DNA from: a virus
Lineage: Duplodnaviria; Heunggongvirae; Uroviricota; Caudoviricetes
DNA length: 48,828 nt
Virus record (IMG/VR): IMGVR_UViG_3300045988_154803
Reading direction: 5' to 3' (one strand)
Under the pieces are notes generated by a model, which saw only the letters and a list, made by a program, of their open reading frames with translations, did no database searches and had not been told where the DNA came from. This document shows positions 16,080-24,844 of the stretch, one piece after another. Position numbers and translations under genes: made by a program. How positions within the stretch are numbered: position 1 is the stretch's first letter; every line of letters begins with the position of its first letter.

Positions 16080-16460
16080 TTACTTAACGAGGAATAAAAA
16101 TGGTTTATTGTTCGGCGGTGTAATCGGGGCTGGCTCGCTTTTGCTCATGCGATCAGTGTACCAGGCCAACTCCTTGTCAAAGTAAGCCTGATTAAAATAG
16201 GCCATGAATGTAGTTTCAAATCCATAACGACCGCTAATACGCAGCATCTGATTGCCGTTCTCTGTTTCCAGATATACCTGGGCACGTTCCTGATTCTCCT
16301 TCAGCCAGGTTAAAGCCTCATCGCATGAGGACACACGATACTCATCATCGTAGCAGTCATCGATGCGGCTTGAGGAAGAACGGCAAATCACGCCAACAGA
16401 ACCAGCCAGGATAGTTTGAATTTTAAGGAAAGCGTTTTTGCGGATTTTAATCATGCTCAT
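16080..16460 (-). CDS. Hypothetical protein (first gene after leader cassette B)
   Basis: 126-aa ORF starting exactly at end of conserved leader. Confidence 0.5.
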   Translation of the reverse strand: MSMIKIRKNAFLKIQTILAGSVGVICRSSSSRIDDCYDDEYRVSSCDEALTWLKENQERAQVYLETENGNQMLRISGRYGFETTFMAYFNQAYFDKELAWYTDRMSKSEPAPITPPNNKPFLFLVK

Positions 16461-16580
16461 CGGGTTATCTCCGGTTTAACCAGGGCGGGTATCGCTCGGT
16501 TTCGGGTATAACCTTAGGAATTTTTTTCCCACCTGTAAAGCACTTTTTATATAAATATATAATTATATAATTCTATGAGC
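16461..16580 (-). promoter_or_regulatory. Conserved promoter/5' leader cassette, copy B
   Basis: Near-identical to copies A and C; palindrome TATATAATTATATA at 16556-16569. Confidence 0.6.
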
Positions 16581-16582
16581 AC

Positions 16583-16607
16583 AAAAAAGCCCCTTTGCAA
16601 CAGGGGC
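16583..16607 (-). terminator. Intrinsic terminator after higA-like gene
   Basis: Minus strand gcccc-tgttgcaaa-ggggc followed by T6. Confidence 0.55.
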
Positions 16608-16623
16608 TTATCATTCGTTCTGA

Positions 16624-16923
16624 TCAGATGTTAAACGCTATTCGTTTTCCTGTGGGAAGCTCAACATCCAGGCTTAATTTGCCTCCCATAGCTTCAACGT
16701 AACGCTTTAATGTCGCCAGCTTTAAATCATTTCCGCGCTGCTCCAGCTTTGTTACTGCTGGCTGGCTTATACCCATCGCCTCAGCAACCTGTTTTTGTGA
16801 TAACTGGAGTTCTTCACGCATCATCTGCAAGCCGACCTCAAGAATCATCTCATCTGCCATTTCTTTAATTCGCGCCTGGCTTTCCGGTGAACGGCTGGCA
16901 ATCGCCTCATCTAATGTTCTCAT
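16624..16923 (-). CDS. higA: HigA-like XRE HTH antitoxin
   Basis: QKQVAEAMGISQPAVTKLE HTH; immediately downstream of and overlapping toxin gene. Confidence 0.65.
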   Translation of the reverse strand: MRTLDEAIASRSPESQARIKEMADEMILEVGLQMMREELQLSQKQVAEAMGISQPAVTKLEQRGNDLKLATLKRYVEAMGGKLSLDVELPTGKRIAFNI

Positions 16924-17276
16924 TACTTGCTCTCCAGTGTGTTCAGATGTGCTGCAAACTCATCCTCAGCTATACGCACCAGTTTTTCATAAAACCGCTT
17001 ATCGTTACTTTTGTCTCCTGCACAAAGAACGATGGCCCGGCGAATCGGATCGAACGCATAAAAGGCTCTTATCGGACGGCCAGAAAACTGAACGCGAAGC
17101 TCTTTCATATTTTTGTACCGAGAACCTTTTACGGTATCGGCATATGGCCTGGGTAACTCAGGTCCGTAAACCTGTAGCTTTTTCAAATCAGCCAAAACCT
17201 TTTCCTGAAGAGCGTCTTCTTGCTCATTTAGCCAGTCGTCAAATCGCTGGCTAAAAAGTACCGTCCACATGCTCAA
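16923..17276 (-). CDS. higB: HigB-like RelE/ParE-superfamily toxin (Gp49-like)
   Basis: 117 aa; toxin-first arrangement with HTH antitoxin; sequence pattern recalled from Gp49/HigB family. Confidence 0.65.
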   Translation of the reverse strand: MSMWTVLFSQRFDDWLNEQEDALQEKVLADLKKLQVYGPELPRPYADTVKGSRYKNMKELRVQFSGRPIRAFYAFDPIRRAIVLCAGDKSNDKRFYEKLVRIAEDEFAAHLNTLESK

Positions 17277-17325
17277 TCCTATAACCTGTAGTTTATATCA
17301 CTAACTATATAACCTGTGAGTTATA
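17277..17325. promoter_or_regulatory. Direct repeats TATAACCTGT upstream of higB (candidate autoregulatory operator)
   Basis: cctataacctgtag ... tatataacctgtgag. Confidence 0.45.
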
Positions 17326-17514
17326 ATTTCAAGAAAAACGGGGCTATTTAACATAATGGACGTTATCGGCACCACCGGATCACCGTTCATTGTCGGATCT
17401 AAAAAATCCGCGCAAAAGATCATGTTTTCCTGGGCGTTTTCCACTGTTTTTTATGTTGCTTATTTGTTAATGAAATCTCGTTTTCAGTTTCGCCTCATTT
17501 TCGACACGAAAGCC

Positions 17515-17805
17515 CTATTTTTGTGACTTTACTCCTGGCATATGGACTTCCCAGCGACGAATCCCCATAGCTGCGCAAAAATCAGCCACATAATTCAATC
17601 CCGCCCATTCGCGGATACCACCACGGGCTTTTTCAATGAAAACGGCAATCCCTTTTTTATTGAGAGCAAAAAGCCGCCAGCTTTTTGTCACTTCGTCCTG
17701 GGTAGCCACAACACAAGTGAAAGCTCCCATGCGATACAGGTCCAAGAACTCTTTGCGTGTTTTGCGTACAAGTTCCATAACAAACCTCATATTTGCATGT
17801 TTCAA
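17515..17805 (-). CDS. Hypothetical protein
   Basis: 96-aa ORF adjacent to origin region. Confidence 0.35.
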   Translation of the reverse strand: MKHANMRFVMELVRKTRKEFLDLYRMGAFTCVVATQDEVTKSWRLFALNKKGIAVFIEKARGGIREWAGLNYVADFCAAMGIRRWEVHMPGVKSQK

Positions 17806-18101
17806 ACATCTGTTTTGTTATCAATGAAGATTAACCCTAACCCAGCGAAGTAACACAGCAGCGCCCAGGCTGCATACGGAATGCTGGATCTGGATGTGGA
17901 CTCCTTTAACATCTGCCAGTTGCGAACATTGCGACTATCTTTTAAGCCTAGTTTTTTGGCCAACTGCGAGCCGCTCATTCCGGTCAGGCCAATGACTGCC
18001 CGAACTTCTCCACATGTAGGAGATTCCCATTCATCCGCTTTTTTTAAACAAGCCGGATTCAACATTTTTAAAACAGTATCTTTATCCATAACCATCTCCA
18101 T
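17802..18101 (-). CDS. Hypothetical protein with HTH-like segment and hydrophobic C-terminus
   Basis: VIGLTGMSGSQLAKKLGL; C-terminal AAWALLCYFAGLGLIFI. Confidence 0.35.
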   Translation of the reverse strand: MEMVMDKDTVLKMLNPACLKKADEWESPTCGEVRAVIGLTGMSGSQLAKKLGLKDSRNVRNWQMLKESTSRSSIPYAAWALLCYFAGLGLIFIDNKTDV

Positions 18102-18732
18102 TTATTATATCTACGATGGTAGGAAATCTTTTCCTATGTGGCAATAGAAATTTACTACATTGCGTATAAGACAAGTTTTCTATGTCTAATAGGAAATGAT
18201 GTTTCTTACGTTTTGTCGCGTTCTGATGGCTACTGTGTGCGTATTTATCGACGTTTATTGATAAGGCCCGCCCCTTCCTCCTGCAAAGCTCGGCCGTAGG
18301 CCTTATTTCGGCCTTATATAAATTGATTTTGTATAGTTCGAAACGCGCCGTTTCGAAAAGGATGATCAGGCTGCTCCATGCCTCCGGCAAGTGCCGGAGG
18401 AGGTATATTTGAGCGTAGCGACTCGAACCGGCGCGAGCTTTAGCTCGCTGCAAGGGCGAACATATTCACAGGCAAAGCCTGCGTAAGTTAAATAAAGAAA
18501 GTCTTAATAAAAGAAAGTGATTTTGCATTTATTTGTTTAGTGCATCTATTATAAAAAACCATTTGCATATACATATCAAAACTGTGGATAACTTTATTAG
18601 CCGATGCCTGTAAAGACGATATTTTTGCTGTGTTCAGGTTTAGAGAAAATTAATTTAGACTATTTTTTGAACAGATATTTTATTGCGACGTAGATAATCC
18701 TCCGGTAAAACCGGATTCATCATTCAGGTGGG
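18102..18732. other. Candidate plasmid replication origin (AT-rich, DnaA box, GC hairpins) downstream of repA
   Basis: DnaA box TGTGGATAA at 18583-18591; hairpins cgaaacg-cgc-cgtttcg, ctccggca-agt-gccggag, gcgagc-ttta-gctcgc; no credible ORF. Confidence 0.5.
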
Positions 18733-19713
18733 TTAATGTTGGAGTGATTTCCAGGTCTTTCTTAGCCTGTTATAACGCTGCTCAACGAGGGATCGTAAAT
18801 ATGCAAGGTCAGCACCTGGATACATGCCATCAGCAAATTCCTGGCTAACCTCTCTAGTGATTTGATGACGAAGTTCGGCCTCTCCCTTTTCCTGAACAAG
18901 ACGCGCAGCTCTCTCCGCTGCTTTCTGTTTTGCCTTTATCTCTCTGGCCGTCTTCCTCTGACGCCATACATTCTCCATCTGCTCCTGAATAACAATACGC
19001 TTATAATCAGCCTCCGTTATCGCTTTTTTAAGCCGTTCGCTATTCTTCGCATTGAAGTAATTAAGTTTCTGGCTAACCGCACGTCTCCATGCTTGTTCAG
19101 TAATACCAACGATTTCCAGCAGTTGATCACGAATCTCTATTTTCGCTGGCCAATACTGTTTATTCACCCGATCCCAGCGACGTTCATAATCAATAAAACC
19201 TAACGCTTTCAGTTGCGACAACGCCCTTGTACAGCGCGTTATAGACTTGTTCCCAGCTTCGGATACGGTAGACAGGCCGCAAAAATCAGCCAACGCCTCA
19301 GCACTGGCCAGAACCCGCTTAGAAATGATGTTTACATGGTGCAAAATCGCAGCAATCACAGCATTAATCGCCCGACGACGATGCTCGTTTATCCGGCGTT
19401 TCCGCTCTGACGGTTGATTAACGTAGAACGCAACCTCACACGTAAGATCACGACCATTAATGCGCTGTAAAGCATCAGATAACACCAGCGGCAGCTTGTG
19501 CGTATGGTGCTTTGGAGGCTGGAACTCCGGCGACAAATTACAAACGTAAGCTGAACGTAGAGACGGCATTGGTCTATCCATATGTTCGCTCTTGCGTCCA
19601 CGGAAAACCAACGTATAATGGGAGTTGTCGAGGCGCCCATGGATTGTTTTTGTTGGTTTTCCGTGGATGTCGCAAGAAGCCCGCAGATTTATCTGCGGGC
19701 TTTTTGTTTCCAT
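18733..19713 (-). CDS. repA: IncFII-type RepA replication initiator (RepA1-like); true start possibly internal
   Basis: RRRAINAVI...GLSTVSEAGNKSITRCTRALSQLKALGFIDY aligns by eye to R1/R100 RepA1 block RRRAIDALL...GLATESAAGKLSITRATRALTFLSELGLITY (recalled). Confidence 0.8.
   Translation of the reverse strand: METKSPQINLRASCDIHGKPTKTIHGRLDNSHYTLVFRGRKSEHMDRPMPSLRSAYVCNLSPEFQPPKHHTHKLPLVLSDALQRINGRDLTCEVAFYVNQPSERKRRINEHRRRAINAVIAAILHHVNIISKRVLASAEALADFCGLSTVSEAGNKSITRCTRALSQLKALGFIDYERRWDRVNKQYWPAKIEIRDQLLEIVGITEQAWRRAVSQKLNYFNAKNSERLKKAITEADYKRIVIQEQMENVWRQRKTAREIKAKQKAAERAARLVQEKGEAELRHQITREVSQEFADGMYPGADLAYLRSLVEQRYNRLRKTWKSLQH
19679..19710 (+). terminator. Plus-strand intrinsic terminator antisense to repA 5' region (candidate CopA-like RNA 3' end)
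   Basis: gcccgcag-atttat-ctgcgggc followed by TTTTTGTTT. Confidence 0.4.
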
Positions 19714-19894
19714 ATCTGGTCATTTTCCAACCAGACACCCACAATCATAACCACGTTACGTGGTTTTCAGAGAACTCTACCACAACACTTTCGGTCATGC
19801 ACGAAGTCTCTCACTGATCGAACGATAATCCACCAGTAAAAGGATCTAAATTGGATCTCGTTTTGCGAGCATCATACTACTGGCCTAACTCCAG

Positions 19895-20449
19895 TCAATG
19901 ATTCCCAGCCGGAAACCTGCGGTAAAGCGTGGATAAGGTAACATCGAAGATAATCGCTATCCGCTTACGTGAAACACCATTCGCAATAAGCCTTCCGATC
20001 TGTTCCCATTGCTCTGGTGCCAATTTTGAGCGGCGTCCTCCTATCCTGCCGTTAGCCCTTGCCACCGCCAATCCTGCACGCGTTCTTTCAATCATATTTT
20101 CCCGCTCCATCTCTGCGACTGCACTCAGCATCGTGTAGGCAAAGCGGCCAATTGAAGTGCTAATTTTTATCCCTTCCGTAATCGAAATAAACTCAATGTT
20201 GTTTGATAAAAAATGGTTAAGTAAATCAACAAGATGAATCAGAGAACGCCCCATTCGGTCCAGCTTCCAGACAATAACCGTATCGCCCGGCCGTAACACC
20301 TTAAGTAGCTTATCAAGTCCTGGTCGTTTTGATTTAGCACCGGATATTTTATCTTCAAAAATCTGGTCACATCCTGAACTCCTGAGCGCCTCCAGTTGTA
20401 ATTCCAAATTCTGGTCAAAAGTTGACACCCTCGCATAACCATATTGCAT
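19895..20449 (-). CDS. Gin/Hin/Cin/Pin-family serine DNA invertase
   Basis: 184 aa; YARVSTFDQ catalytic Ser motif, WKLDRMGRS, C-terminal HTH; alignable along full length to Mu Gin as recalled. Confidence 0.95.
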   Translation of the reverse strand: MQYGYARVSTFDQNLELQLEALRSSGCDQIFEDKISGAKSKRPGLDKLLKVLRPGDTVIVWKLDRMGRSLIHLVDLLNHFLSNNIEFISITEGIKISTSIGRFAYTMLSAVAEMERENMIERTRAGLAVARANGRIGGRRSKLAPEQWEQIGRLIANGVSRKRIAIIFDVTLSTLYRRFPAGNH

Positions 20450-20513
20450 ACTTTCTAAACCGCGATTGTTGCTAAAAGCGGAAAAAAATATCGTTCAGAC
20501 GACACAGAGGCAA

Positions 20514-20539
20514 TTCGCAAAAACCTCGGTTTACAGGAA
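20514..20539. repeat. Left inversion crossover site (gix/hix-like, inverted orientation)
   Basis: Reverse complement reads TTCCTGTAAACCGAGGTTTTTGCGAA; inverted repeat of right site. Confidence 0.8.
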
Positions 20540-20563
20540 ACGGTAAACCGAGCCGGGAACGCC

Positions 20564-21400
20564 GTGCAAAAAAATGGCGATACCTTGTCCGGTGGACTTA
20601 CTTTTGAAAACGACTCAATCCTTGCCTGGATTCGAAATACTGACTGGGCAAAGATTGGATTTAAAAATGATGCCGACAGCGATACTGATTCATATATGTG
20701 GTTTGAAACAGGTGACAACGGCAATGAATATTTCAAATGGAGAAGCCGCCAGAGTACCACAACAAAAGACCTGATGACGCTGAAATGGGATGCACTAAAT
20801 ATTCTTGTTAATGCCGTCATTAATGGCTGTCTTGGAGTTGGTACGACGAATGCACTAGGTGGTAGCTCTATTGTCCTTGGTGATAATGATACCGGATTTA
20901 AACAGAATGGAGACGGTATTCTTGATGTTTATGCTAACAGTCAGCGTGTATTCCGTTTTCAGAATGGAGTGGCTATTGCTTTTAAAAATATTCAGGTAGG
21001 GGATAGTAAAAAGTTCTCGCTATCCAGCTCTAACACATCCACGAAGAATATTACCTTTAATTTATGGGGTGCTTCCAACCGTCCAGTGGTTGCAGAGTTA
21101 GGCGATGAGTCCGGATGGCATTTCTATAGCCAGCGAAATACAGATAACTCGGTAATATTTGCTGTTAATGGTCAGATGCAACCCAGCAACTGGGGGAATT
21201 TTGATTCCCGCTATGTGAAAGATGTTCGCCTGGGTACGCGAGTTGTTCAATTGATGGCGCGAGGTGGTCGTTATGAAAAAGCCGGACACACGATTACCGG
21301 ATTAAGAATCATTGGTGAAGTAGATGGCGATGATGAAGCCATCTTCAGGCCGATACAAAAGTACATCAATGGCACATGGTATAACGTTGCGCAGGTGTAA
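20564..21400 (+). CDS. Alternative tail-fibre C-terminal variable domain (promoterless; fused to constant N-terminus after inversion)
   Basis: Frame open from crossover site; C-terminus ...RPIQKYINGTWYNVAQV parallels expressed fibre C-terminus ...RPIQYCINGTWYNAGSI. Confidence 0.75.
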   Translation: MQKNGDTLSGGLTFENDSILAWIRNTDWAKIGFKNDADSDTDSYMWFETGDNGNEYFKWRSRQSTTTKDLMTLKWDALNILVNAVINGCLGVGTTNALGGSSIVLGDNDTGFKQNGDGILDVYANSQRVFRFQNGVAIAFKNIQVGDSKKFSLSSSNTSTKNITFNLWGASNRPVVAELGDESGWHFYSQRNTDNSVIFAVNGQMQPSNWGNFDSRYVKDVRLGTRVVQLMARGGRYEKAGHTITGLRIIGEVDGDDEAIFRPIQKYINGTWYNVAQV

Positions 21401-21403
21401 GTT

Positions 21404-21931
21404 ATGCAGCATTTAAAGAACATTAAGTCAGGTAATCCAAAAACAAAAGAACAATATCAGCTAACAAAGAATTTTGATGTTATCTGGTTATGGTCCGAAG
21501 ACGGTAAAAACTGGTATGAGGAAGTAAATAACTTTCAGGACGACACCATAAAGATTGTATACGACGAAAATAATATTATTGCCGCCATCACCAAAGATGC
21601 CTCCACGCTTAACCCTGAAGGTTTTAGCGTTGTCGAGGTTCCTGATATTACCGCCAACCGACGTGCTGATGACTCAGGTAAATGGATGTTTAAGGATGGT
21701 GCTGTGATTAAGCGGATTTATACGGCTGACGAACAGCAACAACAGGCCGAATCACAAAAGGCCGCGTTGATTTCCGAAGCTGAATCAGTCATCCAGCCGC
21801 TGGAACGCGCTGTCAGGCTGAATATGGCAACAGACGAGGAACGCACACGACTGGAAGCATGGGAACGCTACAGCGTTCTGGTCAGCCGTGTGGATACGGC
21901 AAATCCTGAATGGCCACAAAAGCCTGAATAA
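21404..21931 (+). CDS. Tail fibre assembly chaperone (alternative orientation)
   Basis: Paralog of 21960-22493 product ([22 protein letters not shown] vs [22 protein letters not shown]). Confidence 0.75.
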   Translation: MQHLKNIKSGNPKTKEQYQLTKNFDVIWLWSEDGKNWYEEVNNFQDDTIKIVYDENNIIAAITKDASTLNPEGFSVVEVPDITANRRADDSGKWMFKDGAVIKRIYTADEQQQQAESQKAALISEAESVIQPLERAVRLNMATDEERTRLEAWERYSVLVSRVDTANPEWPQKPE

Positions 21932-21959
21932 AAATTAAGGCCCGATAGCGGGCCTTGTT

Positions 21960-22493
21960 TCATTCTGGTTGTTCTGGAAACGTTACTGGCAGGCTGGAGG
22001 TGTCTGTGGATTCGACCTTCTGCGCATAGAGCATCCACTCGGTTAATTTTTGTTTATTCTCGTTGGAAATGATACCCAGCCGTAGCTGTGAGTCCCATAG
22101 CTGGGTTTTATCCCTGACGAGCTGTAGCAGGCTTTGCTTTTCATTTTCCGCTTGTTGCCTCTGCTCTTCCTCGGTATAAGTTCGCTTTATCACTACGCCA
22201 TCTTTGAACAACCATTTCCCCGAAATATCAGCCCGGCGATTTGCTGTAATATCAGGTAATTCAACGACGCTTGCGCCTTCCGGATTAATTGCTGAAACAT
22301 CCTTTTCAATACAAATAATAACGCCGTTATGGTCATAGACCATTTTCAAAGTGTCTGGCTGGAAATTCTTTTGTTCCTCATACCAGTTTTTTCCATCATC
22401 TGAATAAAGCCATTTGATGTTAAATTGCTTTGTTAGCTGGTATTGCTCTTTTGTTTTAGGGTTGCCAGCAGTAATGTTTTTTAAGTGCATCAT
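21960..22493 (-). CDS. Tail fibre assembly chaperone (currently expressed orientation)
   Basis: Immediately downstream of tail fibre gene; Tfa-like sequence. Confidence 0.8.
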   Translation of the reverse strand: MMHLKNITAGNPKTKEQYQLTKQFNIKWLYSDDGKNWYEEQKNFQPDTLKMVYDHNGVIICIEKDVSAINPEGASVVELPDITANRRADISGKWLFKDGVVIKRTYTEEEQRQQAENEKQSLLQLVRDKTQLWDSQLRLGIISNENKQKLTEWMLYAQKVESTDTSSLPVTFPEQPE

Positions 22494-22495
22494 CG

Positions 22496-24814
22496 TTAAA
22501 TACTCCCCGCGTTATACCACGTCCCATTAATGCAATACTGAATTGGCCTTGCCTGTGTTGTATCAATTAATTCATCACGGTTTCCGTTAACTGAACCCGT
22601 AACGACATAACCTGACCTGTCAGACCAGCCGGGGCCATTCCATGTCTGAACAGATGACAGACCGCCAAGGCGAATACCTGTAATAAACCTTGAGTTACAT
22701 TCTGCCTGCGTATATGCACCAACATCTCCCGCAGAGGGTTTGCGGGTTGTGGTGTAAAACTCTGACCAGTCAGCTTCAAAGCCATAACCATCACGCGCTG
22801 AACGATAAAAGATTCCGCCATTTCTGTAATTCACGCGGAACTGTGCAGCAGGGCAGCTCCCCGTATTCATATTGAAGTGGAGGATTAATGTCGATGCGCC
22901 ACCAATATTTGCGTTATAGACCCCGCTATTCCAGTTCCAGCCAACAGCTTTATCATTTCCGACAGTGCTTCCTGTTTGCCCTAAAGCAAATGCAGGTTGT
23001 TGATTTTTCGTGTTGTAGTCTCGTCGCCAGCCAGGAGCGTAAGCATCACCATGATTAATATAAGTGAATTGAGCGTTAGTAATTCCTCCACCGCTGGACG
23101 TGCTCGGCGTGGTAACGCGTATGGTCATTGCGCCGCGAGTGCCAATAACTTCCACCACAGCACCTGCAAGACAAATATTTCCGCAACCTGTATCTGTAAT
23201 GACCTTATTATTTGCATAAGCCCATGAGCCTTTGCACATCCAGTAAGGATGGTTAAATGCTCCCTGACTCTCCAGCCACGAAATAAATTGCGCGGTTGTC
23301 CAGACCTGACTATCGCCACCAATATCCAGCCATGCGCTATATGCGCGGCAGGCCCCAATATTTTTGGTGAAGGTATCTTTTCCCGGAATATCTGCGCCGT
23401 TCTGGTTTTTCTGTAATGCGCCAGAAGCCTGATTTACCGTTTCCTGTAAACCGAGGTATTCGATAACGGCAGCAACGGTCGATTTCGCAAGAATATCCCG
23501 CCCGACTTTTGTCAGGGTTGCCAGGCTGGCGACATCATTCCCCGTAAAATACGGAAACTTGTCTGCCGCAGTAGCAAGCCCGGCCAGCGCCGTCAGGGTG
23601 GCATCTTTCGGTTGCTTACCCGCAAGCGCGTTAGTCATGGTGGTCGCAAAATTCGGGTCGTTTCCCAGCGCCGCCGCTAACTCGTTCAGCGTATTCAGTG
23701 CGTCAGGTGACGAGTCCACGAGGGCAGCGATCGCAGCCATAACGAAAGCCGTGCTTGCGATTTGGGTATTATTCGTTCCCTGTCGCGCAGTTGGCGTTGT
23801 TGGCGTTCCGGTCAACGCAGGACTGTTTAAGGGCGCTTTCTTGTTCGTTTCATCCATTACCGCCTTGACCGCTTTCGATGTCGCGGCCAGTGTTTCAGAC
23901 GTGCTGTTGGTGGAACTACTGAGCTGAGTTATTCCCCTTACAGTCAGTGAAGCTACAGGCACATTTGTTATCTGCTCCCACGAATGCGTGTGATTGGACG
24001 GAGCCTTTCCGGCCGCAAGATCATACGCTGCCTTAACAGCCTTTGGTGTTGCTGCTAGCGTTTCAGACGTGCTGTTGGTGGCACTACTGAGCTGAACAAT
24101 CCCTTTTCGCGCTGTGGTAGCGTCCTGTGCGGTGTATTTGCCATTAGCCAGGTCATATGCTGCCTTAACAGCCTTAGGCGTCGCAGCAAGCGTTTCAGAC
24201 GAGCTATTGGTGGCGCTGCTAAGTTGAACAAAGCCTTTTGAGGTTAAAGTTGCATCAGGATGATTACGTGATTGTTCATGTTTCACAATGGCTTGCTTAA
24301 GCCGCTTTGCTGAAACAGCAAGGGAATCATCTGTACCGTCATCAATTTCTTGTTCATTGGCAAATCTTGCAACCCCAACAACAGTTTCGGTTGCGGGAGG
24401 ATTAATAAACTCAATATCACCAAATGTAATATTTTTAGTATCAAGAGTCTTGATTGCTATGTCACTTGATATTAAAGCAATAGTAGATGATGCTTTATTT
24501 ATTATTGCTTGTTCTTGCGAGTATACAGCAAACAACGTTCCCTTATTTGTATACAATCCTATTGTATGGACAACATACTCATCTTTACTATCATCCTTCG
24601 CCGTTACATGAATTGTATCAGGGGAAACAACTTTGCCACCTATTGTGGTAAGTCGTTTTATTTCGTTTGTTATATTTGTTTGTGAAGTTGACGTGACATA
24701 ATATCTACTACCTAAACCAACAGAAACAATCTCAACTTTATTTGTTCCTGTTTTGTTGGCATTAACCAGCTCCTGACGCCCGGCGTCAGTCATCGTAAAT
24801 AATAATTTACTCAC
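22496..24814 (-). CDS. Tail fibre protein (constant N-terminal ~450 aa outside, variable C-terminus inside invertible segment)
   Basis: 772 aa; repeated SSATNS(T/S)SETLAATPKAVKAAYD collar-like motifs; crossover site lies inside the ORF. Confidence 0.85.
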   Translation of the reverse strand: MSKLLFTMTDAGRQELVNANKTGTNKVEIVSVGLGSRYYVTSTSQTNITNEIKRLTTIGGKVVSPDTIHVTAKDDSKDEYVVHTIGLYTNKGTLFAVYSQEQAIINKASSTIALISSDIAIKTLDTKNITFGDIEFINPPATETVVGVARFANEQEIDDGTDDSLAVSAKRLKQAIVKHEQSRNHPDATLTSKGFVQLSSATNSSSETLAATPKAVKAAYDLANGKYTAQDATTARKGIVQLSSATNSTSETLAATPKAVKAAYDLAAGKAPSNHTHSWEQITNVPVASLTVRGITQLSSSTNSTSETLAATSKAVKAVMDETNKKAPLNSPALTGTPTTPTARQGTNNTQIASTAFVMAAIAALVDSSPDALNTLNELAAALGNDPNFATTMTNALAGKQPKDATLTALAGLATAADKFPYFTGNDVASLATLTKVGRDILAKSTVAAVIEYLGLQETVNQASGALQKNQNGADIPGKDTFTKNIGACRAYSAWLDIGGDSQVWTTAQFISWLESQGAFNHPYWMCKGSWAYANNKVITDTGCGNICLAGAVVEVIGTRGAMTIRVTTPSTSSGGGITNAQFTYINHGDAYAPGWRRDYNTKNQQPAFALGQTGSTVGNDKAVGWNWNSGVYNANIGGASTLILHFNMNTGSCPAAQFRVNYRNGGIFYRSARDGYGFEADWSEFYTTTRKPSAGDVGAYTQAECNSRFITGIRLGGLSSVQTWNGPGWSDRSGYVVTGSVNGNRDELIDTTQARPIQYCINGTWYNAGSI
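23441..23466. repeat. Right inversion crossover site (gix/hix-like)
   Basis: TTCCTGTAAACCGAGGTATTCGATAA, close to Mu gixL as recalled. Confidence 0.85.
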
Positions 24815-24844
24815 GCTTAATTCCTTGAATTAACAAATTGCGAA

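Larger units (their letters stand above)
20527..23453. other. Invertible DNA segment (~2.9 kb) carrying alternative tail-fibre C-termini and two tail fibre assembly genes
   Basis: Flanked by inverted gix-like sites; convergent alternative ORFs inside; invertase gene adjacent. Confidence 0.8.

Noticed and set aside
18082-18453. 123-aa ORF in the region downstream of repA
   Set aside because: Low-complexity, basic, no RBS context; the region has origin-like features (DnaA box, AT-rich, hairpins) and is better explained as non-coding.
19895-20449. Possibility that the serine recombinase is an integrase or transposon resolvase
   Set aside because: It is a small (184-aa) Gin/Hin-type enzyme with flanking inverted gix-like sites around a tail-fibre segment; no large serine or tyrosine integrase or att-like sequence was found anywhere in the window.
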